This document shows positions 17,429 through 25,796 of a DNA stretch of 25,796 nt, piece by piece (position 1 is the first letter of the stretch; every line of letters starts with the position of its first letter). The DNA is from Chthonomonadales bacterium (lineage in GTDB: Bacteria; Armatimonadota; Chthonomonadetes; Chthonomonadales; CAJBBX01): positions 1 through 25,796 of the forward strand of contig JBMFSQ010000036.1 of assembly GCA_049967475.1 (NCBI GenBank). The letters are read 5' to 3'. Both the position numbers and the translations under genes were made by a program. The notes under the pieces were generated by a model that was not told where the DNA came from, made no database searches, and saw only the letters and a program-made list of their open reading frames with translations.

Positions 17429-18412
17429 GTGAGCGAATACCTGCAGTACGGCGGGCAGGCGGTGATCGAGGGTGTGATGATGCGCAGCCCGCGCTACTAC
17501 GCGGTGGCTTGCCGCGCACCCGACGGCCGCATCGTGGTGGCCACAGAACCTGTGTCGTCGTCGGCGACGGGACGGCGGGCATGGCTGAACAAGCCGCTAG
17601 CCCGCGGTACGTTGGCGCTTCTGGATGCTATGTCGCTGGGAATAAGGGCCCTCACATTCAGCGCCCGCATCCAGGCGGATGCGTTGGGTCTGCGCGGAGG
17701 CGCCGCCGAGGATGCATCCCGCGGCTCTGCGGCGTCGTATTCCGGCGGGGCCGGTTCCGTAAAAATCTCGGATATTGCCATCGGAACCACCATCGTCTCT
17801 GCAATCGCCATGGGGCTCGCACTGTTCGTAGCCCTGCCTACGCTCGTCACTCAATTGGTCCAAGGGAGGCTCGGCGTCACCGCTCCGCTAGCTCTCAACT
17901 GCATGGATGGCTTCGTGCGCATCGTCATTTTCTTCGGCTATGTCGCAGCCATCGGCAGGATGGAGAATATTCGCAGGGTGTTCGAATACCATGGCGCCGA
18001 ACACAAGGCCATCAACGCATTCGAAGCGGGATTGGAGCTCAATCTCGAGAATGCATTGAAGTGTTCCCGCATTCACCCGCGGTGTGGAACCAGCTTCATT
18101 GTCGTCGTGCTCATCGCAGGCATCATCGTGCAGTCCCTTTTGCCGCGGCCACAGAACTACCTTCTCCGCTTGGCGCTCCACCTCGGCCTGGTGCCTGTCG
18201 TGGCAGGCATTGCCTACGAAGTGATCCGTTGGGCAGGGCGCACTCGAGATGCGGCGCTTACTCGGTGGCTGCTGGCTCCTGGACTTTGGTCCCAGCGTCT
18301 TACGACACGGGAACCGCACGCAGACCAAGTGGAAGTGGCTCTTGCGGCCCTCAACGCGGTGATACGGGAAGAGGCTTCCCGCGGCGAGGTGAACGTAGCC
18401 GGTGTTGCGTAG
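17429..18412 (+). CDS. DUF1385 (YqhQ-like) membrane protein
   Basis: GGQAVIEGVMMR, RRVFEYHGAEHK.I, SRIHPRCGTSF, PGLWSQRLTTREP; usual rpmE-DUF1385-prfA/prmC context. Start GTG 17429 or 17399. Confidence 0.92.
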   Translation: MSEYLQYGGQAVIEGVMMRSPRYYAVACRAPDGRIVVATEPVSSSATGRRAWLNKPLARGTLALLDAMSLGIRALTFSARIQADALGLRGGAAEDASRGSAASYSGGAGSVKISDIAIGTTIVSAIAMGLALFVALPTLVTQLVQGRLGVTAPLALNCMDGFVRIVIFFGYVAAIGRMENIRRVFEYHGAEHKAINAFEAGLELNLENALKCSRIHPRCGTSFIVVVLIAGIIVQSLLPRPQNYLLRLALHLGLVPVVAGIAYEVIRWAGRTRDAALTRWLLAPGLWSQRLTTREPHADQVEVALAALNAVIREEASRGEVNVAGVA

Positions 18413-18586
18413 CACGGACCACGCCTCTCGGGTACGCCGCATTCACGGTGTAGCGTGACCGTTGCGTATGGCTTCTCCTTCCCAGTTCCGCGGTGGTTGC
18501 CAAGTCGGAGGGTCGCACCCTGCCGTCGGATGTGGGCCCAAGCGGAACCGGGTAGTGTGGTTGGGAACGATTAGGGAGTAGGAGAG

Positions 18587-19669
18587 TTGTCTCTAGATCA
18601 GGCACGCCGAAAACTGGATGAGCTCGAGGCACAATACGAAGATTTGGGGCATCAGATGATGGACCCCCAGGTCATAGCCGATGTGGATCAGTACCGCCGC
18701 ATCAGCAAGGCGTGGAGTGATCTCGAAGAGGTCGTAACAGCCTATCGGGAATTCAAGCGGGTGGAACGCGAGATCGCCCAGGCCGAAGAGTTGCTGCAGG
18801 ATCCTGAAATGGGCGACCTGGCCGAGGAAGAGCTTAGGGATTTGCGGAGCAAGCTGGAGCAGCTTGAGGAACGCATCAGGCTCTTGCTTCTTCCGAAGGA
18901 CCCCAATGATGAGCGGAACGTCATCCTGGAGATCAGGCCCGCTGCCGGAGGGGAAGAGGCAGCGCTCTTTGCGGGAGACCTCTTGCGCATGTATCTGAGG
19001 TACGCAGAGCGAAACGGTTGGAAAGTGGAGATCCTCAATGCACAGGAGACCGGAATTGGCGGCTTCAGCGATGTGGTCCTTTCCATCCAGGGGCGCGGGG
19101 CCTACAGCCGCCTCAAGTTCGAGAGCGGGGTCCACCGAGTTCAGCGGGTTCCGGCTACAGAATCGGGCGGGCGCATCCATACATCCACGGCCACGGTTGC
19201 GGTGCTTCCCGAAGTAGAGGAAGTGGAAGTGGAGATCAATCCCAACGATATCGAGATGGATGTGTACCACTCCTCCAGCGCGGGCGGCCAAAACGTTCAA
19301 AAGGTGGCAACGGCTATTCGGCTGCTCCACAAGCCTACGGGCATCGTAGTTACCTGTCAAGATGAACGCAGCCAATTGCAGAACAAGGAGAAGGCCTTCC
19401 GAATGCTTCGGGCGCGCCTTTATGAACTGCAGCAGCAGGCGCTCCTCAACGAGCGCACCGAAGCGCGCCGAGCGCAAGTGGGCACCGGGGATCGGTCGGA
19501 AAAGATACGCACCTACAACTTCCCCGACGGCCGTGTGACCGATCACCGCATTCACCTTACCGTGCACAATCTGTCCGGCGTCCTCGATGGAGATATCGAA
19601 CCCTTTGTGAATGCCCTGATCACCGCGGACCAGGCCGAGAGGCTCCGTGCGGCCAGCAGTACCCTTTGA
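18587..19669 (+). CDS. prfA: Peptide chain release factor 1
   Basis: [31 protein letters not shown] (PxT = RF1), [19 protein letters not shown] start after GGGAGTAGGAGAG. Confidence 0.98.
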   Translation: MSLDQARRKLDELEAQYEDLGHQMMDPQVIADVDQYRRISKAWSDLEEVVTAYREFKRVEREIAQAEELLQDPEMGDLAEEELRDLRSKLEQLEERIRLLLLPKDPNDERNVILEIRPAAGGEEAALFAGDLLRMYLRYAERNGWKVEILNAQETGIGGFSDVVLSIQGRGAYSRLKFESGVHRVQRVPATESGGRIHTSTATVAVLPEVEEVEVEINPNDIEMDVYHSSSAGGQNVQKVATAIRLLHKPTGIVVTCQDERSQLQNKEKAFRMLRARLYELQQQALLNERTEARRAQVGTGDRSEKIRTYNFPDGRVTDHRIHLTVHNLSGVLDGDIEPFVNALITADQAERLRAASSTL

Positions 19670-20550
19670 CACATGCCCTGCAACGGATGAACGGTATGCA
19701 GCCTCTGGATGAGGTGCAACTCCTGCTTGCAGAAGGTACACACGAATTGGCTTCAGCAGGGATTGAGGAAGCCCACCTGGAGGCGCGCCTTCTTTTGGCT
19801 TTGGCAGGTAAGTGTACTCAGGTTGAAGTGTTGGCAGGACACCTGCGCCTGGATGACGGGATTGTGTCCAGGTTCCGCGAACTCATAGCCGCTCGCGCCC
19901 GACGTGTGCCCTATGCCTATTTGGCTGGAATGCAGGAATTCTACGGGCTGGAATTCCAAGTGAACCAGGATGTGCTGGTGCCACGCCCTGAAACAGAGTT
20001 GTTGGTAGATCTGGCCGTTGGCGCGCTCAGGGGGCTGCCCAATCCCGTAATGGTAGATGTGGGTACGGGGAGCGGATGCATCGTCGTAGCCTGTGCAGTG
20101 CATGTGCCCATGCTCAAGGCGCTGGCTGTGGATGTGTCCCCGGGCGCTGCACGAGTGGCGCGGAACAATGTGCTTCGCCACGGAGTAGAAGGTCGCGTAG
20201 TGGTGGTTCGCGGAGACCTCCTTTCGGCCGTTGGGAGCCGCTGTGTGGATTTGGTTGCATCCAATCCGCCTTATGTCGCTTCAGACGAGATCCCCAATCT
20301 TCAGCCCGAAGTTCGCTGCTTCGAGCCTCGCGTGGCGTTGGATGGGGGAAGAGCTGGGATGGATTATCACGAGCGCCTCGCGCGGCACGCCAGGAAGGTC
20401 CTAAATCCTGGCGGCTGGCTGATGGTCGAAACGGCGCAAGGGCAGGCACATCTCGTGGCCGAGCTGTTGAACGTCTGCGGCTACCGGCAGGTGCAGACGC
20501 ACCGGGATCTGGCAGGCATTGAGCGGGTAGTGTGTGGTCGCGCGGATTGA
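19666..20550 (+). CDS. prmC: Release factor glutamine methyltransferase (HemK)
   Basis: [39 protein letters not shown]; adjacent to prfA. Start could be 19687 or 19696. Confidence 0.96.
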   Translation: MTHALQRMNGMQPLDEVQLLLAEGTHELASAGIEEAHLEARLLLALAGKCTQVEVLAGHLRLDDGIVSRFRELIAARARRVPYAYLAGMQEFYGLEFQVNQDVLVPRPETELLVDLAVGALRGLPNPVMVDVGTGSGCIVVACAVHVPMLKALAVDVSPGAARVARNNVLRHGVEGRVVVVRGDLLSAVGSRCVDLVASNPPYVASDEIPNLQPEVRCFEPRVALDGGRAGMDYHERLARHARKVLNPGGWLMVETAQGQAHLVAELLNVCGYRQVQTHRDLAGIERVVCGRAD

Positions 20551-20659
20551 GGGTGCGCAGCGTTTGCGTCGAATGCGGCCAAGCGGCGGCCCCTGGCGTC
20601 GGAAGGGCGTGTCGGGCGCACCTCGGATGAAAACGACACAGATAGGGGTAGGGGATGGC

Positions 20660-21427
20660 ATGCCGGACACGATGATTGAATGCATGGGCCTTACAAAAGT
20701 CTTCGGCACGCTGTGCGCTGTGGACCACCTGGACCTTGAAGTGCGGCGCGGCGAACTTTTTGGATTTCTGGGCCCCAACGGCGCCGGCAAGACTACAACC
20801 ATCAAGCTCATGACGGGGCTGCTGCGGCCCACGTCCGGCACAGCGGTGATTGGAGGCTTCAATATCGAGAGGGATGCGCTTCGGGCCAAGGCGATTATAG
20901 GCTACATCCCCGACAATCCCTTTCTCTACGAAAAGCTCACAGGAAGGGAGTTCCTCAACTTCATGGCGGACCTTTATTCCGTGCCATGGGAAGGACGACA
21001 GCGAAGGATCGAGGATCTTCTGCGCCTCTTTGAATTGGCAGACAAGGGCGACGACCTCATCCAGGGATACTCCCGGGGTATGCGCCAGAAGATCGCTTTG
21101 GCAGGTGCCCTTATCCATCAGCCGCAGGTGATCTTCTTGGACGAACCTACGGTAGGCCTCGACCCAAGGAGTGCGCGCCTGATGAAGGATATCCTGCGCA
21201 AGCTGTGTGAGGACGGTATCACCATCTTTATGTCTACGCATATCCTGGAAGTCGCCGAACGGATGTGTGACCGCTTCGCCATCATCCACCGCGGCAAACG
21301 AATAGCGGGCGGCACGATGGAGGAACTGCGCAGACAGGCTGCTTCGGATACCACCAGCCTCGAGGATATCTTCCTCGAATTAACTGGCGGCGACGAGGTT
21401 CGCGACCTGATCCAGTACCTGGGGTGA
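20660..21427 (+). CDS. ABC transporter ATP-binding protein (ABC-2/DrrA-CcmA-like)
   Basis: Walker A GPNGAGKTT, signature YSRGMRQK, Walker B IFLDEPT.GLDP, STH switch, SLEDIFL.LTG. Confidence 0.93.
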   Translation: MPDTMIECMGLTKVFGTLCAVDHLDLEVRRGELFGFLGPNGAGKTTTIKLMTGLLRPTSGTAVIGGFNIERDALRAKAIIGYIPDNPFLYEKLTGREFLNFMADLYSVPWEGRQRRIEDLLRLFELADKGDDLIQGYSRGMRQKIALAGALIHQPQVIFLDEPTVGLDPRSARLMKDILRKLCEDGITIFMSTHILEVAERMCDRFAIIHRGKRIAGGTMEELRRQAASDTTSLEDIFLELTGGDEVRDLIQYLG

Positions 21428-21457
21428 GCAGGTTCTGGGGCGCTGAGGGAGTACACC

Positions 21458-22363
21458 ATGATTTTGGAGATAAGCCAAAGGGCGCGACTGGTGCTCGTCG
21501 GCATTCTGGCGGTTCTAGCCGTACTGGTTGCCCTCGTGGATATCGGCATGTTCATTGCTTGGGCGTGGCGTAAGGAGGATGTGGATGCCGGCAGGAGGCC
21601 TCCGCTGTTCGCACGGCGCTGGAGCCTCGCCGACGTTTGGATTGCCGCGCAGGTGATTGTGTTCGTATTGCTGGTGTTATTGGGCGGTGCATCCTTTGTC
21701 GCTTTCCGCCGGGGCGCGTTTGGCCCGGACGGGTCCGTGTCACCCCTGTTTCTAGGGATTGCGCTGTTGATGCAGAACGTATTGCTGGCTGGTGTCCCCT
21801 GGGCAGTGATCCGATATCGGTACGGCTTGGGGCTGCGGGATATCGGCGCGTGGCCGCCGCCTCGAATGAGAGTTGCGCTTCGAGCCGCGGCCCTCGGCGT
21901 GGCCCTCGTAGTAGTAGGTAACAGCGCAGAGCTGTTATTCGATGCGGTGCTCAAGGCTGCGTTTCCCTCGGCGGCGTCTTCCATCCTCGCCTTCAACAAG
22001 CAGGTAACGGCAGAGGGGTTGATCGGCAAGAAAATGACGCCGGCGCTTTTCGCTACGATGCTGCTGGGTGCCGGCGTTCTGGCGCCGATCGGAGAGGAGA
22101 TGTTCTTCCGGGGCTTCCTGTATAACAGCTCCAAGAGGCGCTTCGGCGTTACCTGGGGTACCCTCATCAGCGCGGCCGCCTTTGGTGTAGCCCACGCCGG
22201 CCCCGTCGCGATGCCCGTGATCTTTCTAATGGGCGTGGTGCTCGCCGTAGCTTACGAACGAACGCGTTCGCTTTGGTTCACCGGGATCATGCATGCCACC
22301 AACAACTGCATCGGTGTGGCAGGGGCGTACCTCTACGTTCTGAGCCATCACGCGCTCCGGTGA
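21458..22363 (+). CDS. CPBP family (CAAX/Abi) intramembrane metalloprotease
   Basis: Multiple TM helices; motifs EEMFFRG, FGVAH, HATNN. Confidence 0.92.
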   Translation: MILEISQRARLVLVGILAVLAVLVALVDIGMFIAWAWRKEDVDAGRRPPLFARRWSLADVWIAAQVIVFVLLVLLGGASFVAFRRGAFGPDGSVSPLFLGIALLMQNVLLAGVPWAVIRYRYGLGLRDIGAWPPPRMRVALRAAALGVALVVVGNSAELLFDAVLKAAFPSAASSILAFNKQVTAEGLIGKKMTPALFATMLLGAGVLAPIGEEMFFRGFLYNSSKRRFGVTWGTLISAAAFGVAHAGPVAMPVIFLMGVVLAVAYERTRSLWFTGIMHATNNCIGVAGAYLYVLSHHALR

Positions 22364-22472
22364 CTGGGTGGCAGCAGGTCGCCGCGGTTCTGCCGATACG
22401 TCCTTGGCAATGCGGAAGTCTGGCTGGGGACACTCCCGCGAATGAGCTGTGTCCCGCGAGGAAGAGGTAAAG

Positions 22473-23267
22473 ATGCGCCGTTGGTTGTTCTTGGTGCCTG
22501 TGACGTTGTGGCTCCTTTCCGGATGTGATCTTCCATCGGATGGCGGGCGGGCTTCCGGAATGCCTGCGGAGATAAAAGCGGCAGATGACGCCCTCCAGCG
22601 CGGCGACGTAGCCCAGGCGACCCGTTTGTTCGAGGATGCCATCCGCAAACATCCGCGCGACCGAGCAACATACGTGGCCATCGTCAGCGTCTGCCAGGAC
22701 CGCAAACAGTGGCCCTTGATGGCGCGTTTTGCCGAACTCGGCGCTGCGGCCACGTCGGCGTCCGATGCCCGCTGGAAAGCCAACTTCTACAACACGGCAG
22801 GCGAAGCCTACGATCGGATGGGCCGCTTCGCCGATATGATGCGCGTTGCGGAGGCCGCGTACAAGGCTATGCCCGACGACCCGCAAACCCTCAATGCGTT
22901 GGGCTATGCCTATGCCGAAGCCGGCACGAAGCTGGACGATGCAATCCGCCTGACCACCCGCGCCGTAGAGTTGGGCCGGGACCGCGGCCTCACGCCGGAG
23001 CAGCTCGGGGCCATCGTGGATAGCCTCGGGTGGGCTTACTACAAGGCCGGGAGGATTGCAGATGCCACGGCAACCCTGGCGACGGCAGCTAACATGAGCC
23101 CCGGGCAGGTGGAGATCCACTACCATTTGGCCCTTGCATACCGTGCCCAGGGAAGGAACGAGGATGCGCGCATCGAATTGATGCGGGCTCTCGCCATCGA
23201 GCCCGGCAATCAGGTCGTTCAGCAGCTCCTCAAGCAATTGGGAGGGGGAGACACAGCGGCAGGCTGA
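22473..23267 (+). CDS. TPR-repeat lipoprotein
   Basis: GAGG RBS; MRRW-hydrophobic-LSGC lipobox; TPR motifs LNALGYAYAE, DSLGWAYYKAG, HYHLALAY. Confidence 0.85.
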   Translation: MRRWLFLVPVTLWLLSGCDLPSDGGRASGMPAEIKAADDALQRGDVAQATRLFEDAIRKHPRDRATYVAIVSVCQDRKQWPLMARFAELGAAATSASDARWKANFYNTAGEAYDRMGRFADMMRVAEAAYKAMPDDPQTLNALGYAYAEAGTKLDDAIRLTTRAVELGRDRGLTPEQLGAIVDSLGWAYYKAGRIADATATLATAANMSPGQVEIHYHLALAYRAQGRNEDARIELMRALAIEPGNQVVQQLLKQLGGGDTAAG

Positions 23268-23366
23268 GGATCCGCCCGCGGCTTCACAGAGCTGCGCGCC
23301 GAAGCCGAAATTCTGCCTTCGGTGGAGAGCCTGCTCTTTGGACGGAACCTCCCATCTGCTTACCGG

Positions 23367-23396
23367 TTGCGTTTCGATGGAATAAACCGGTAGAAT
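23367..23396 (+). promoter_or_regulatory. sigma70-type promoter of nuoB-nuoI with overlapping inverted repeat
   Basis: TTGCGT-N18-TAGAAT, overlapped by TACCGGTT-N16-AACCGGTA (23361-23392). Confidence 0.6.
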
Positions 23397-23450
23397 AGCC
23401 ATGCAGGTGCTTGGCGGCGGCTCGCCCATCTGCTTGGCAGGAGGAATAGT

Positions 23451-24005
23451 ATGTCAACCAAAACGGTTGAAATAGCAGCACACGACGCCAGCATGGCCGC
23501 GCCCTCCTTGGGGCCGGGTGGCGGACCCTTTGTGCTGGCGAGGCTCGACGAACTCGTGAATTGGGCTCGGCGCAACAGCCTTTGGCCGCTTACTTTCGGT
23601 TTGGCCTGCTGCGCTATTGAAATGATGAGCGCGGCTGCGTCGCGTTTCGACGTGGCGCGGTTCGGAGCCGAGGTCTTTCGACCGTCACCTCGCCAAGCCG
23701 ACGTGATGATTGTGGCAGGGCGGGTGTCCACCAAAATGGGTCCCGTGTTGAGGCAGATCTACGATCAGATGCCTAATCCCAAATGGGTGATCTCTATGGG
23801 GGCTTGCGCGTCTTCCGGGGGCGTATACAACAACTACGCCATCATTCAAGGGGTAGACCAGATTATTCCGGTGGATGTGTACGTGCCCGGGTGCCCTCCC
23901 AGCCCGGACGCCCTAATCTACGGCATCCTGAAGCTGCAGGAGAAAATCAAGGCGGGTTCTTCGGGACACATCATCGAGCTTGGTTCCGGGACGGAGGCTT
24001 CCTGA
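23451..24005 (+). CDS. nuoB: NADH-quinone oxidoreductase subunit B
   Basis: [17 protein letters not shown] (tandem Cys of N2), [49 protein letters not shown]. Confidence 0.96.
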   Translation: MSTKTVEIAAHDASMAAPSLGPGGGPFVLARLDELVNWARRNSLWPLTFGLACCAIEMMSAAASRFDVARFGAEVFRPSPRQADVMIVAGRVSTKMGPVLRQIYDQMPNPKWVISMGACASSGGVYNNYAIIQGVDQIIPVDVYVPGCPPSPDALIYGILKLQEKIKAGSSGHIIELGSGTEAS

Positions 24006-24007
24006 AA

Positions 24008-24529
24008 GTGGCAGACATCGTGTCCAACACCGTTCAGTCCACGTTCCCCGTGGTGAAGGGGCTCGGCCTCACACTGAGGCATTACGTTCGCATGTTTACT
24101 GCCCGCGCGGATACCCAGGTGACCGTAGAATATCCCGAGAAGCGCCGGCCCCAATACCCTCGGACGCGCTGGCGCCATGTGCTCACACGGTACGACAATG
24201 GTTTGGAGAAGTGCATCGGCTGCAGCCTCTGTGCGGGTGCCTGCCCGGCGCGTTGCATCTACGTTGAGGCCGCCGAGAATACGGACGAAGCCCGCTTCTC
24301 TCCAGGCGAGCGGTATGCACGAAAGTACGAGATCAATATGCTTCGATGCATCTTCTGCGGGTACTGCCAGCAGGCCTGCCCAACCGGGGCGATTGTGCTG
24401 CGCAAGGACTTCGAACTGGCCGATTACTCCAGAGAGGCGTGTCTCTACACCAAAGAGATGCTGTTGGAGCCCCTTCCTCCCGTGCCTGATGACGTTTCCG
24501 AGGCGGAACCCGCAGCAGCGCAACGGTAG
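24008..24529 (+). CDS. nuoI: NADH-quinone oxidoreductase subunit I
   Basis: [18 protein letters not shown] and [16 protein letters not shown] (two [4Fe-4S]), SPGERYA..YEINMLR; GTG 24008 after GGAGG. Confidence 0.94.
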   Translation: MADIVSNTVQSTFPVVKGLGLTLRHYVRMFTARADTQVTVEYPEKRRPQYPRTRWRHVLTRYDNGLEKCIGCSLCAGACPARCIYVEAAENTDEARFSPGERYARKYEINMLRCIFCGYCQQACPTGAIVLRKDFELADYSREACLYTKEMLLEPLPPVPDDVSEAEPAAAQR

Positions 24530-24629
24530 CTTTGCAAATTAATTGCCCCTGCTGCGCCGGAGCGAGCCCATTTTGTTCAGTTGCCGCCGGGGACGCCGGT
24601 CCACCAGCTTCAATTCCTGCAATCGGCGG

Positions 24630-25304
24630 CTACAACTCGCGCCGCCCGGGGGACCTTGCCTCTTGGTTTTCCGGGCGCAGATGGTGCCACAGCCAAATGG
24701 CTGCCAGTGCCAAAACCGCGACACCCACCAGCATATCGGCGCCCCGGAACCAGCTTTTGATGCTCTCCCACCGTTCTCCCAGGATCATGCCCACATAGGC
24801 AAGGAAGTAGCACCACGGAAGGGATCCTACAAACGAGAGGACGATAAAGGGGCCAAAGCGCATCCGCGCGATCCCCGCAGGCAGAGAGATGAATGTGCGC
24901 ACGATGGGTAGCAGGCGCGCAACAAAGACGGCCCAGGACCCCCACCGGGCGAACCAGCGGTCCGCTCGATCCAGATCCGAATGGCGAATGAGCACATACC
25001 TGCCGTAGCGCTCGATGAATGGCCGTCCGCCGCGGGCGCCCACCCAATAGGCGACGGCGGATCCGACGGCACATCCCAGGGCCCCGGCCCATGCCACCAG
25101 GTGAAGATTGAAGGGCTCCATAGGCGGAACCTGTGCGGCCGCAAGGGCTGCGCCTGCCAATGCTCCGGAAAAGGGCATGATGACCTCACTTGGCAGAGGA
25201 ATGCAGGCGCTTTCGATGGCCATGAGCATCACAATGCCGGGGTATCCGCCGTGACGGATCACGTGGATGATCCAGTGTACGATGGGGCCCAGGAGCTTCT
25301 CCAA
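24630..25304 (-). CDS. DedA family membrane protein
   Basis: GYPGIVMLMAIESACIPLPSEVIMPFSG, RWG..AVFVARLLPIVRTFISLPAG. Confidence 0.95.
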   Translation of the reverse strand: MEKLLGPIVHWIIHVIRHGGYPGIVMLMAIESACIPLPSEVIMPFSGALAGAALAAAQVPPMEPFNLHLVAWAGALGCAVGSAVAYWVGARGGRPFIERYGRYVLIRHSDLDRADRWFARWGSWAVFVARLLPIVRTFISLPAGIARMRFGPFIVLSFVGSLPWCYFLAYVGMILGERWESIKSWFRGADMLVGVAVLALAAIWLWHHLRPENQEARSPGRREL

Positions 25305-25354
25305 GGTTGTTCCCTTTCTAGATACCTAATCTCCGCACGAGGTTGAGACCGGCG

Positions 25355-25796
25355 TCACGCGGATGCGCGGATTTTATCGCGTGCCCGGGCTCTCCCCTCA
25401 ATTGCCGCTTGGTACACGTTTACCACGCGTTGGGCCATGGCGGCAGGTGTGAGTTCCCTCGCATTCCGGAGGCAGGCATCCTTCATGAGCTGGAGGCGGT
25501 TGCGGTCCGAAAGCAACTCGAGAGCCGCAGCGGCCATGGCTTGGGGGTTCGGATCCACGAGGAGGCCGTCTTCGCCATGGCGCACGGTTTCGCCGGCACC
25601 TCCGTCACGCACTACAACGGCAGGGGCGCCGGCCGCTCGCGCTTCTCCCACCACCAATCCTTGAGTTTCGGTGGAAGAACCGAAGAGGAAGAGGTCGGCG
25701 GCAGCATAGATCGCGTCCAGGGCATCTCGGGGCAGCGGACCTGCGAAAACAATTCGGGGTGCGACGGGCAGCGTGTCGGCAAGTTGTTTGAGGGGT
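25355..25796 (-). CDS. Glycosyltransferase family 4 (partial, 5' end beyond window)
   Basis: Manual extension reads IVFAGPLPRDALDAIYAAADLFLFGSSTETQGLVVGEARAAG (EX7E motif), then EDGLLV. Confidence 0.9.
   Translation of the reverse strand, partial: PLKQLADTLPVAPRIVFAGPLPRDALDAIYAAADLFLFGSSTETQGLVVGEARAAGAPAVVVRDGGAGETVRHGEDGLLVDPNPQAMAAAALELLSDRNRLQLMKDACLRNARELTPAAMAQRVVNVYQAAIEGRARARDKIRASA

Noticed and set aside
18587..19669. RF2 with programmed frameshift
   Set aside because: It has the PAT (PxT) RF1 motif rather than SPF, and the frame is uninterrupted.
23451..24005. [NiFe]-hydrogenase small subunit
   Set aside because: The tandem CC motif (LACCAIE) is NuoB-type rather than CxxC, and no large subunit is present.

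Overview
GC-rich (roughly 60-65% by eye) bacterial chromosomal window; the Rhs-core wording and several hypothetical proteins suggest Armatimonadota (inference, not verified). Bases 236-8602 hold a tightly coupled minus-strand pseudaminic-acid-type (nonulosonic acid) operon: pseB, pseC, a GNAT, a Gfo/Idh/MocA oxidoreductase, an SpsF-like cytidylyltransferase fused to a class-III aminotransferase, a PseG-GNAT fusion and pseI. The extra oxidoreductase, aminotransferase and second acyltransferase point to a further-modified, possibly undescribed sugar. The operon converges on a truncated Rhs-core remnant at the left edge. The rest is mostly housekeeping: tRNA-Ala(CGC), an exported aminopeptidase P, tgt, TPR proteins, tRNA-Arg(CCG), a TIM-barrel sugar isomerase, a Spy-like protein, rpmE-DUF1385-prfA-prmC, an ABC ATPase plus CPBP protease, an isolated nuoB-nuoI pair, dedA and a partial GT4. 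Notable non-coding signals are a ~160-nt 6S-like rod-shaped RNA upstream of rpmE, a structured UAG-bounded in-frame spacer with an anti-SD ahead of prfA (possible RF1 autoregulation), and five promoter candidates with 18-bp spacers. No CRISPR, integrase or transposase was seen.
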